Shown piece by piece: positions 41,925-51,300 of a DNA stretch of 64,000 nucleotides. Source of the DNA: a virus; the IMG/VR virus record IMGVR_UViG_3300025701_000007, positions 1 to 64,000 of that record, one strand, 5' to 3'. Every line of letters begins with the position of its first letter. Position 1 is the first letter of the stretch. Under the pieces are notes generated by a model. The model searched no databases and was not told the DNA's origin. It worked only from the letters and a program-made list of their open reading frames with translations. Both the position numbers and the translations under genes were made by a program.

Positions 41925-44645
41925 ATGAGCTATATAATTAAAAAGAATGATCCCTTAGTGAACGTTAAATTAACAAACCAGGGTAGAAGAAATTTGGCTG
42001 CTGGTAATCTAACATTTACTAACTTCATTTTAGGTGATAGCGAGATGGACTACTCTAGCGACAACAAGCAAGACGTTAATATACTTAGACCTTCAGACAA
42101 TCAACTAGGTTTAAACTACCCTATAGGTGTTAATAGTGACACCGACTACGTTAAACCCATAACTGTAATAAACTCAATACCAAATGAAGTTTATTCGACA
42201 GCAAAAGAAAGAGGGTTTTTTAATTACTCTGGTACTACAGAACCTTCAGACGTACTATGTAGCTTACATAACATAACCGCATCAACTAGTGGGGATGATA
42301 AAAAAGTGACTTTTAGTTTTACAACTGGGTCGACTAAAAATGAAGAGTATATAGACTTAAAACCAGGAGATTTTGTTTTCATTAAATATGAAAACGAGTC
42401 ATACGTAAGTGGTAGTACTTATAGTCAATCCAAAGAGATTACAACAGCGGCCACACAGTATTTATGGTATACGATAGATGATATATTAACAGCTGACTCT
42501 GGCGTTAACCAAAGCATAACTGGTATAACCTCAGGATCCAATATAACCCTAAACTTAGATAGAAAATTACCTAAAGGGTCCGCTAACCTAACTGCGTTTA
42601 TATATCCTGGTAAAAACACTATAAAGGATTATTATGACGAAGATACACCAGTAGCTTACTGGCAGGGTGGGTTATTAGATTTTTCTAATAACAATACGCA
42701 ATCAGATTTAGATGTCCCTGTATGGAATATGAATATAGTTCACGTTGAAGATGTAATAGGTTTAGATTCTATAGATGATAAATCAAAATACGATACAGTA
42801 TCTAACAATTACTTAGGTGCTGCTATAAACTTCAACCATTACGAATCATCGTCTAAAATAGGTTTAATACATTATACAAACAATACAGTATCAAACTTTT
42901 ACGGGGAAGGTTTCAAACAATCGACGATGAAGCTAAAGATACCTTACATAATGTGGCACAAGAAACAATATAGTGGCACTACATTTAATGAGATAGGTTA
43001 CACTTTTGTTACTGATACTGAATTAAAAACGATGACATCTGGGGATCAAACTAATAGTACATTCAGTTATTATGACTTAATAGATCAGGAGAGTGATAAA
43101 AATGTAGTTGGTAAGGTATTGATAGATGAAAAAGTTATTATAATAGAAGACCCTGAATTACTTTCAGTTTTATCTTATAAAGCTAATAGGAATTGGACTC
43201 TACCTAAGCCTTTGTTGACTCTAACTGAGCCAGGTATATGTGGTAACACTAGTACATTAGGTGTTCTACAACCAGGTGAATACTTCTATGCGAGTTACAT
43301 GATGACAGACACTAACGGTATAACTGGTATGCACTGTGAGGATTATACTACTATAGTTAATAACACAGACACCCCAAAAGACGTTAGTTTTGAGTTTAAT
43401 AAGAAGAAATCAGACCCTAACTATAACGAGTTTTCGTACTTAACGGATTATGACGATACAACTGGGTTAGGTTTCAAAGTAAATCAGATAACACTACTTT
43501 GGCAAAAATCAGAGACTGCTATAAAACCAGATTCTGGTAACTGGGCTTACACCGATATAAGTAATTACTTAGGTACAAATGGTTGTGTTACAGGTGTAAT
43601 GAATGTAGATGGTACTAATTTTGAATTACACGCCGATATATTAGATTACACCACTAGTTTATTAACCACTCATAGTGTTATAGATACTAGTTTATTTGAT
43701 GTATTCGAATTAGGTGAAGAGCCTATAGGTGAGATTATAGTTATATATCAGGGTGGAATACAAAAAGAAGCATCTGACGATACGTTATCAGACGGTGATT
43801 ATTATAGATATAGTAAAGGTTATGCTACGGGACCAAATAATAAAGAGGTTATCGTATTTAATAAAGGTTATGGGTCAACTAACGATTTATTACAATTTTA
43901 TTACTTGATAGGTAAAAGTAATACCGCTAAGACCATAAAAACTGTTATATCGGTACCTGATTTAGCTACTATAAATTCTAATACTAATTTAGACCCTATA
44001 TACAGATCAACAATAAGCCCTAATAGAATATCGCTTAAGTTAGATAAACAACCCAACAACTCAACGGTATGGTTATTCTACAAAGGTATGTTATTATCAT
44101 CTAATACTTACGGAGTGTTTGTAACTAACGAAGGTATAGATGACAGAAGGGTTGAATTAAATTTCACACCAACAGACGGTAGTGAGATAACAATGTTTTA
44201 TTTAGACAACTCTGGGCTAGGTCAAACTGTTACGACTAATTTATTAACAAAAGAAACCATATCCGCATTAAGAGTTAATATAGATAAAAATATACTTGAC
44301 AATAGTGAGTTAGATATCTATACTTTATCTGACCACATAGAAATACCAACGGTAAACGAACCCACCAAACATACATTTGGTGACGAAGTATTCTTTTATG
44401 GTAATATTGAAACCGATATTAAAGCTACGATATACAAAACACAGTTAACCTGTAATGTATTACCGAACCAGTTTACAGTTACTAAGAATCCAACGTTCAA
44501 TTCTGACCAGGACAAAGTAGCTTTCACTGAGATAGCTATAACGGGTGAAGATAATTCGGTGGTAGCTATTGGTAAATTTTCAGAACCAATAACTAGAAAA
44601 TATAATTCTGATATGTTAGTACTACAAGTAACAATAGATTTCTAA
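41925..44645 (+). CDS. Tail fibre/collar-like protein
   Basis: N-terminal KLTNQGRRNLAAG...FILGDSEMDY and C-terminal TEIAITGEDNSVVAIGK...IDF resemble the two halves of a tail-collar (DUF3751-like) domain. Confidence 0.55.
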   Translation: MSYIIKKNDPLVNVKLTNQGRRNLAAGNLTFTNFILGDSEMDYSSDNKQDVNILRPSDNQLGLNYPIGVNSDTDYVKPITVINSIPNEVYSTAKERGFFNYSGTTEPSDVLCSLHNITASTSGDDKKVTFSFTTGSTKNEEYIDLKPGDFVFIKYENESYVSGSTYSQSKEITTAATQYLWYTIDDILTADSGVNQSITGITSGSNITLNLDRKLPKGSANLTAFIYPGKNTIKDYYDEDTPVAYWQGGLLDFSNNNTQSDLDVPVWNMNIVHVEDVIGLDSIDDKSKYDTVSNNYLGAAINFNHYESSSKIGLIHYTNNTVSNFYGEGFKQSTMKLKIPYIMWHKKQYSGTTFNEIGYTFVTDTELKTMTSGDQTNSTFSYYDLIDQESDKNVVGKVLIDEKVIIIEDPELLSVLSYKANRNWTLPKPLLTLTEPGICGNTSTLGVLQPGEYFYASYMMTDTNGITGMHCEDYTTIVNNTDTPKDVSFEFNKKKSDPNYNEFSYLTDYDDTTGLGFKVNQITLLWQKSETAIKPDSGNWAYTDISNYLGTNGCVTGVMNVDGTNFELHADILDYTTSLLTTHSVIDTSLFDVFELGEEPIGEIIVIYQGGIQKEASDDTLSDGDYYRYSKGYATGPNNKEVIVFNKGYGSTNDLLQFYYLIGKSNTAKTIKTVISVPDLATINSNTNLDPIYRSTISPNRISLKLDKQPNNSTVWLFYKGMLLSSNTYGVFVTNEGIDDRRVELNFTPTDGSEITMFYLDNSGLGQTVTTNLLTKETISALRVNIDKNILDNSELDIYTLSDHIEIPTVNEPTKHTFGDEVFFYGNIETDIKATIYKTQLTCNVLPNQFTVTKNPTFNSDQDKVAFTEIAITGEDNSVVAIGKFSEPITRKYNSDMLVLQVTIDF

Positions 44646-45025
44646 TGGGATTTTTTAAAAGAAATAAATATAGTTTTGAGATATATCTAACTGACAAGGG
44701 TAGAGAAACATTCGTCAATAACGGATTAAGGAATGAAATTAAATTCTTTTCTCTAATAGACAACTCTAATTACCAACAATTAGAAGACTTCGACCCAACA
44801 GTAATAACCGAACAAACAATACCTACGGTAAAATACGTGGGTAGTGTAGAGGTTAACGATAGTGACGATGTGTATACCCAAAACTCTAACAGAGGGTCTG
44901 TTGATAACAACATAGTTTTTAAAAACGGCTTTTTAGGGGTACGACAATCTGCCGAAAATAATTATATCGCTTACGACCCAGATTTACAGGTTGACGATTT
45001 AAAAATAACAACATTTAAAGAGTAA
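44645..45025 (+). CDS. Small structural protein paralogous to N-terminus of 41925
   Basis: YLTDKGRETFVNNG...FFSLIDNSNY motif. Confidence 0.55.
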   Translation: MGFFKRNKYSFEIYLTDKGRETFVNNGLRNEIKFFSLIDNSNYQQLEDFDPTVITEQTIPTVKYVGSVEVNDSDDVYTQNSNRGSVDNNIVFKNGFLGVRQSAENNYIAYDPDLQVDDLKITTFKE

Positions 45026-46068
45026 TGGTTAAGCAATATAATCTTAAAAATATTAACGGTTTACATCTTAAATCACCTTATAGTTACGACACTTATAATA
45101 CAAAGGGTTTAGATGCTTTGATAGAAAACTTTGATTTTTACCCAGTAAAAGGTGATGATACCAGTAAATTTAAGTTTATTAATGGTACCTACAGAAGCGT
45201 ACCACCAGTATCAGAATTCCACAATAAAATAATGGGAGATGCTTTTATTGGGGATAACTCATATACAAACAGAACACACGATCAAACCTACACTCAGATT
45301 AAGAAAGTTAACGAATTGGTTAAAGGCGAAATTTACTACACTAAATTCGATTTTTATTTCAATTATGACGGTGACGCTTACGGGTTTGAGGTTGGTGATG
45401 CTGGTTACCAAATATCAACTAGTTTATATGCTGTGTTGGGTAATACAAAAAGGAAATTGAAGTTAAGTAACTTACTTATATACGACTTCAATAACCCTAT
45501 ATATGAGAACACTACAGACAATCCAGTTGACGAAGGTTATGTAACGATAACAGACCCCATATACTCGAATAACGTTAGTATTTCTGGTGATGATATAACC
45601 ATGTCCTATATACCTAATTTTAAAACGTATTCGATATATTATAAAGTAGGGGTATCTGGATTACCAAACCCACCAGTAACATCAAACGTTTCTTATATTG
45701 AAGCGGATTCGAACTCGATTAATTACGGTAACCAAACAACCTTAATTGTTAATTCTGATCAAGCCTTCGCAATAAAATCATTTAACACACCTACATTCTC
45801 AACCCCATCTAACGGTATGGTTATAGATTTACTTAGTGATGAATTTAAAGGTAGTCCTTTTTCAGTGATGAATGGGGGTTACTTATTTAAAGTTACCGCT
45901 GAATTGGACGCATCTTCTTTATCAGAATTTAACAACAATATATGTAAGGGTAATAAAGATTTTAAGATAATAGCCGATTATAACGGTACTTTTTCTAAGA
46001 CAATAATAACTTACGAACCGATATACGAAGCTGTATCGGCAGTACAAGCAGCACCACCATCCGCTTAA
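45025..46068 (+). CDS. Putative virion structural protein
   Basis: 347 aa beta-rich ORF, TAATG-coupled. Confidence 0.5.
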   Translation: MVKQYNLKNINGLHLKSPYSYDTYNTKGLDALIENFDFYPVKGDDTSKFKFINGTYRSVPPVSEFHNKIMGDAFIGDNSYTNRTHDQTYTQIKKVNELVKGEIYYTKFDFYFNYDGDAYGFEVGDAGYQISTSLYAVLGNTKRKLKLSNLLIYDFNNPIYENTTDNPVDEGYVTITDPIYSNNVSISGDDITMSYIPNFKTYSIYYKVGVSGLPNPPVTSNVSYIEADSNSINYGNQTTLIVNSDQAFAIKSFNTPTFSTPSNGMVIDLLSDEFKGSPFSVMNGGYLFKVTAELDASSLSEFNNNICKGNKDFKIIADYNGTFSKTIITYEPIYEAVSAVQAAPPSA

Positions 46069-46083
46069 AATCAACTATAAGAT

Positions 46084-46698
46084 ATGGGATCGATACCACT
46101 ATATGAGATAGCACAAAAAAAGGTTACAAAAGTAATGCCTACATTTAGTTTCGCTATACCTAAAATAAATTTTTATGTAAACACACCTTCTGTGAGCGTT
46201 ACTAGTAATAACGATAAATTTCAAACTGAAGAAAAAGAAGGTAAGTTCAACATATTAAACCCTAATACTAAACCTGTATACTTTAACGATATAATTTTTA
46301 AAAACGCTAGGGTTAGAGATATGGATACTAGATCCGTAAGACTTAACACTACTTTAAGCTTGACAGATAGTTATGATTTAAACGATAAGTTTTATCAAGA
46401 ATATACAGTAAGAATTAACGGATTTACCACTGGATTATTAACAATAGTTAGCGAATCTGGCCTTATAGGGTCAAATAAAATAATACCCCCTTTAAATAAA
46501 TTAGAATTTTATGCTTTTTATGAAGTCAAAAATTTAGGGGTTTTAAATAAACATTATTACGGTAAGAGTTCTATTACACCTAACAAACGAGTTGGTATAA
46601 TAGACTTTAATTTTAATATAAAAGCATACTCTAAACCAGTTAATGGTACTGAGATAAACGAAGAGATTGTCATTTCAACAATTTTGGTTAATACTTAA
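46084..46698 (+). CDS. Putative virion structural protein
   Basis: 204 aa ORF in the tail operon. Confidence 0.5.
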   Translation: MGSIPLYEIAQKKVTKVMPTFSFAIPKINFYVNTPSVSVTSNNDKFQTEEKEGKFNILNPNTKPVYFNDIIFKNARVRDMDTRSVRLNTTLSLTDSYDLNDKFYQEYTVRINGFTTGLLTIVSESGLIGSNKIIPPLNKLEFYAFYEVKNLGVLNKHYYGKSSITPNKRVGIIDFNFNIKAYSKPVNGTEINEEIVISTILVNT

Positions 46699-46717
46699 AA
46701 AAATTTGATGATAGTTA

Positions 46718-46772
46718 TATTTATATAATAAAGGATAATAACTTGACTTATAAAATAAAATTAATACTTTTA
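46718..46772 (+). promoter_or_regulatory. Tandem promoter region: TATTTATA plus CTTG-N19-TACTTTTA
   Basis: TATTTATA at 46718-25; CTTG at 46742-45 and TACTTTTA at 46765-72. Confidence 0.5.
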
Positions 46773-46785
46773 AATAAAAAACAAT

Positions 46786-47031
46786 ATGGGGTTTGTACCA
46801 CAAAACGGAGATAGCGAGGAAATCAAAGTTTACTTAACAGAATTAGGTAGAAGAAAACTTTTAGAACAAGGTTTTATACCTGCATCATTTTCAATTTCAG
46901 ATGAAGATGGTAATTATAATGCACTAACAACTGTAGATCAGATTGTAACTGACGTTACTGGTGATTATAACGACAACGTTTACGCAATATCAAAGAACGT
47001 CACAATAAAAAATCAAATCCTTATAAAATAA
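46786..47031 (+). CDS. Small structural protein paralogous to N-terminus of 41925
   Basis: YLTELGRRKLLEQG...FSISDEDGNY motif. Confidence 0.6.
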   Translation: MGFVPQNGDSEEIKVYLTELGRRKLLEQGFIPASFSISDEDGNYNALTTVDQIVTDVTGDYNDNVYAISKNVTIKNQILIK

Positions 47032-47038
47032 TATAAAA

Positions 47039-48898
47039 ATGAGTGCAATACTAAAAGTTAGACTACCATATTACGCTAGAACTATATCTACGGGTACTAA
47101 TGGTGTGGCAGAATTTTTCTTTCTAGAAAAACCTAAATACATACCATCTTTAAACCAACAAGTAATTATAACCCACACAGAGGTTTCACCTAACAGTGGA
47201 TTAAACACAAAATTAACGAATGTGGCTACAAATACCGTAACAGGTAGATTCCAAGCCGCACCAGATTTGACCAACCAACCAGAAGCTGTTTCAGCCAACG
47301 GCGGGTATTCATTTCTTTTTTCTTTAGCGTATAACGATTCAGAATTCTCACAACCACAGTTTGGGGGTACCTGTAGAGGTTATATAGAGTACGATTACAA
47401 TCCTACTAACTATAATATATTAAAACCTGTAGAAAGTGTGGTAGTTGTAAACGAAACCATACCATTTGATTTAAACGATGGTTACCAACAACTAACTCAC
47501 GAATTCCAGGATCCAGATTTAAATATCAGTGATATTTTACCAGGTTTCTTTGTGGGTAGACAGGATAATAACACTATATTTGCGAATCTACTTAAATCAT
47601 TAAACTTACCAGTAACCAACGAAGAGTATAAAAAATATTCTAGATCAGCTTATGGGGTATTAACTCCAGCTACATCAACTGATGTTGTCGCTGTTAAACA
47701 AAACGGGGTTGATTACAAGTGGACAGAGATAACATCCTCTTATACTGGTACTACCGAAGCTCTAGTTACACACCCAGTAACGGGTTACACAGGCGAACAT
47801 TACGGTACAGTTATGCAAACTATAGGGTCGAATGAATTTGAAGACGATAAACCATGGAACCTTCCAGTACCAAACGATATGTTTTTAGTGCTAGAAATAC
47901 CTAACAATAAGTATGGTGAGATAATAGATGGTAAGACCATGAAATTGACACTACCTTACTTTGACGGTGCTGATAGTACAAACGCTGATGAAAAAAGGTT
48001 AGGTCTAAAAGACTATACTGGAGTATCACCAACATCAATAGAATTATATAGTACGTACAGTGAAGCACACCTTAACAATAATTTAGATAAGAAATTATCT
48101 GACACCAGTATAAGTGTTAGTTCTTTAGGTGTTAGACCAGATCTAGAAACTACTACTGAAACTACTTACGAAAGTAACGTAGCTCTATTGTTTTCAGACG
48201 ATATAGCTCCACCATCAGTAAACTTCAACAACTGGGGTGACGGTTACACTGAAGTAATTAACGGTACTAAAGTATTTTCACCTTCAGGGCAAGAAAAACC
48301 AACGTACAACTATAAAAACGACAAAGCTGTAGGTGTTGCCTACTTAGACAAAGGTTTTATCGTTATAACGCACCCACTTATTGTAGATTCTTACTTTAAG
48401 AACGTATTTGATGGTGATATAGTAACAGCTGGATCTACAACCGTATTTAAAAACTATGATTTAGTTAACGGTATAACTGGACCAACTAGAGGAGATGTTA
48501 GAACAACAACTACTGGTGATACTAATCAATTGATAGTAACTAAAGATGGGTCCGATATATTATGGGATAGTACTCAATTTGTTTATACTGATAGCATTGT
48601 ATCTACATTAGAATATAATAGTTATAATACAGAGAAATCTTTAAATGTAGTATGTTTAGCATCATCAGATGAGTTTTTTAAATCATCTAATGACACAGCT
48701 AAAGATTTGCAAAGTGTTGAACAAACAGAGGATCATGCATCCTTTAAAACTACTGACGGTGACCTATATCCTGTTATCATAACACAATTAGGTATACATG
48801 ACTCTGATGGTAATCTATTAGCGATATGCAAACCAACACAACCAATAAAAAAGTATTGGTACGACGTGGTTTCTTTTAATATAAAAATAAGGTTATAA
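47039..48898 (+). CDS. Tail structural protein with C-terminus paralogous to 41925
   Basis: ITQLGIHDSDGNLLAICKPTQPIKK...FNIKIRL aligns with the 41925 C-terminus. Confidence 0.55.
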   Translation: MSAILKVRLPYYARTISTGTNGVAEFFFLEKPKYIPSLNQQVIITHTEVSPNSGLNTKLTNVATNTVTGRFQAAPDLTNQPEAVSANGGYSFLFSLAYNDSEFSQPQFGGTCRGYIEYDYNPTNYNILKPVESVVVVNETIPFDLNDGYQQLTHEFQDPDLNISDILPGFFVGRQDNNTIFANLLKSLNLPVTNEEYKKYSRSAYGVLTPATSTDVVAVKQNGVDYKWTEITSSYTGTTEALVTHPVTGYTGEHYGTVMQTIGSNEFEDDKPWNLPVPNDMFLVLEIPNNKYGEIIDGKTMKLTLPYFDGADSTNADEKRLGLKDYTGVSPTSIELYSTYSEAHLNNNLDKKLSDTSISVSSLGVRPDLETTTETTYESNVALLFSDDIAPPSVNFNNWGDGYTEVINGTKVFSPSGQEKPTYNYKNDKAVGVAYLDKGFIVITHPLIVDSYFKNVFDGDIVTAGSTTVFKNYDLVNGITGPTRGDVRTTTTGDTNQLIVTKDGSDILWDSTQFVYTDSIVSTLEYNSYNTEKSLNVVCLASSDEFFKSSNDTAKDLQSVEQTEDHASFKTTDGDLYPVIITQLGIHDSDGNLLAICKPTQPIKKYWYDVVSFNIKIRL

Positions 48899-48908
48899 AA
48901 AAAAATAC

Positions 48909-49513
48909 ATGGGATCAAAAGAGATACAAGAAGAATATTACTTACTTGGACTAGATGTGTCGACTAAAACTATAGGAGTCTCACTATTCAACAATAAGGG
49001 TGAATTACTAGAATTAACACACAATCACCAAAAGCTAAACCTGTACCTGAGAGTAAAACCGAGGAATTACTAAAGAAGGCCGACCTATTTTCTGATTTTA
49101 TACAGAAATACGCTAAAATGAACATTAAACACGTCCTAATCGAAGAGCCTCTATTAAGGTCTAATAACGTTAGAACTGTAGGGACCTTATTAAGGTTTAA
49201 TGGTATGGTTACCAAAATATGTTACGATACACTCGGCATTACACCAGAATACATAAGTACGTATGAAGCTAGAAAAAATGCTTTCCCTGAACTAATGCAA
49301 GTTGGTAGTACTAAAAAATTAGTACTTTTCGGTGGGTTACCAAAGAACATAGATAAAAAACAAATAATATGGGATCTGGTTAACGCTAGAGAACCACAAA
49401 TAAATTGGTTTTACAACAAAAAGGGTGCTCTAAGAAAAGAAAATTACGACATGTCAGATAGTTATGTTGTGGCACTAGCATACATGAAAATGAATGGTTT
49501 AGTGGATGAATAA
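48909..49513 (+). pseudogene. ruvC: RuvC-like Holliday junction resolvase split by a 1-nt deletion near 49023 (possibly sequence error)
   Basis: ATG 48909 frame gives LLGLDVSTKTIG (first catalytic D) and stops at 49071. The -1 frame from 49025 (SPKAKP...) carries IEEP and DMSDS. Confidence 0.8.
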
Positions 49514-49538
49514 TTGTAAATTAATTAAATAGATAATT

Positions 49539-49570
49539 AAAAACCTTGACTTATGTTAAGGTTTTTTTTT
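49539..49570 (+). terminator. Intrinsic terminator ending tail operon
   Basis: aaaaaccttgac-ttat-gttaaggttttt stem followed by a T-run. Confidence 0.8.
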
Positions 49571-49576
49571 GTTATA

Positions 49577-49608
49577 TTTGTTTTTACTAAAATCATTTAC
49601 TATATTTG
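49577..49608 (+). promoter_or_regulatory. Consensus Bacteroidota -33/-7 promoter upstream of primase
   Basis: TTTG (49577-80), N20, TATATTTG (49601-08); the ATG at 49615 is only 6 nt downstream. Confidence 0.8.
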
Positions 49609-49614
49609 CGGGGT

Positions 49615-50578
49615 ATGACAACATTTGAACAAGAATTAGAAGTCGATAAATTACTTTTCTTATTAGAAAACTTCCTGGGTGAACCTAAGGAAACACTCTA
49701 GAAGTAACGGTCAGGTTAGTTACGATTGTCCGAATTGTTCGGCTATGAAAGGTGTTGAGTACGACGGTAAAGGTAACCTAGAAATAACTTATATAAACGG
49801 ATTGTATAATTGCTGGTCTTGCGGTGAGATAGATGAAACAAAGGGTAGGTTATCTAAATTATTTAAAGACTATTCGGACAAAAAAACTTTAAGGGATTTT
49901 TATAACCTAAAGTTTAAATTTAACGAGTTTAAGACCGTTAAAGAAAAAAAAGATGACTTAGTATTACCAGAGGAATATATTAAGTTACACGGTAAGTTAG
50001 AGACTAATAGGTATAACAATGCGTTTCATTATCTTTACAACAGAGGTATCACCAATAAACAAATAGAGAAATACGATATAGGTTTCTGTGCACAAGGCAA
50101 GTATCAGAATAGAGTAGTCATACCATCTTACGACTTGGAAGGTAAGTTAAATTTTTTCGTAACCAGATCGATAAACCCAAGAACCAAAAAGTTTAAATAT
50201 CTAAACCCTAAAGCTGATAAACAAACAATAATATTTAACGAGAAGTTTATCGATTGGGATAAACCAGTGTTTATAGTAGAAGGCCCATTCGATCATTTAG
50301 TTATACCGAATAGTATACCCCTTCTCGGTAAGAAGTTATCCGAAAAACTATTCAATGAATTATACTTCAAAAGTAATAACTTTATAATCATAGCTTTAGA
50401 CCCTGACGCTATTAATGATAGTATCAAAATATACAACAAATTAGATGCGGGTAGGTTATATAAAAAGGTTCTAATTACTGAAATGCCAGAAGGTTTAGAT
50501 GTATCCTCTTATAATGAGAAGTATGGACCAGAGAATCTAAAAAAAGTATTACAAGCAAGTAAAAGATTACAAGAATGA
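49615..50578 (+). CDS. dnaG: DNA primase (zinc finger + TOPRIM) with apparent 1-nt insertion near 49687-49690
   Basis: CPNC...CWSC zinc finger, RVVIP, KYLN, IVEGPFD and ALDPD motifs. The likely N-terminus MTTFEQ...NFLGEP lies in a different frame (stop 49699-701) from the catalytic ORF 49679..50578. Confidence 0.85.
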
Positions 50579-51291
50579 TGGATTTAAATAACCCTGCCAG
50601 CGGTAGTACAAATATTAATTACGACTCCGTAAATACCGTACTAAAGGTATTCAAAAACGAGTTCAATGAAGATTTTTATGCGTCCAGGTTAGCAGAAAGG
50701 AAAGGTGTACATAAAGACGATATTATAGCTGAATGGAGGGAGATCAGTAAAGCCTCCACCGAATATAGTGAAGCGTTCCAAAGTATATTCACTAGGTACC
50801 TATCGGCACCAAACAGACTTTATTCACCAAGAGATAGTTTTGAGAAAATGGTCGTAACTGAATTAAAAGATATATGTGATGCAGAAGACTTAAGTTTCAT
50901 AGATAGTAAAAATCTAAAACCAAACCACTCGGTTTCGATGGACCTTAATAACGGCAAAGGCATTTCTGCTGAATCCAACGTAACAGAAGAGTTGGTAGGT
51001 AACGACCTGTTTAACGTATGGTACGTAAAGACTGGTAGGAAATTTAGTTATGATAATAAATATGGTGAGTTCTTTCACTTCCCGTTAGATCACCTATCTG
51101 ACTCTAACTACAACGATTACTGTATAAGATTGTCGGTCTACACGTTAATACAAGAAAGATTAACTGGTAAGAAATTTAATAGAGGTGGTATACTGTATTG
51201 GGATAAAAATATAAACACTTTTAAATTGATACCATTAAGTTACATGAAAAAAGATGCAGAGATGTTAATAGAATTTTATAAAATTAAATAA
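50575..51291 (+). CDS. PD-(D/E)XK (RecB/Cas4-like) nuclease-fold protein, catalytic residues apparently lost
   Basis: IIAEW, NVWYVKT, PLDHL..SNYNDYCIRLSVY and ERLTG pattern resembles phage PD-(D/E)XK exonucleases. Confidence 0.6.
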   Translation: MMDLNNPASGSTNINYDSVNTVLKVFKNEFNEDFYASRLAERKGVHKDDIIAEWREISKASTEYSEAFQSIFTRYLSAPNRLYSPRDSFEKMVVTELKDICDAEDLSFIDSKNLKPNHSVSMDLNNGKGISAESNVTEELVGNDLFNVWYVKTGRKFSYDNKYGEFFHFPLDHLSDSNYNDYCIRLSVYTLIQERLTGKKFNRGGILYWDKNINTFKLIPLSYMKKDAEMLIEFYKIK

Positions 51292-51300
51292 AAATATAAT

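Noticed and set aside
49118-49513. 131-aa ORF as a complete stand-alone gene
   Set aside because: Lacks the first RuvC catalytic Asp, which is encoded upstream in another frame.
49573-49580. Second TATATTTG as an independent -7 element
   Set aside because: No TTG at 19-21 nt spacing upstream; better explained as supplying the -33 TTTG of the downstream promoter.
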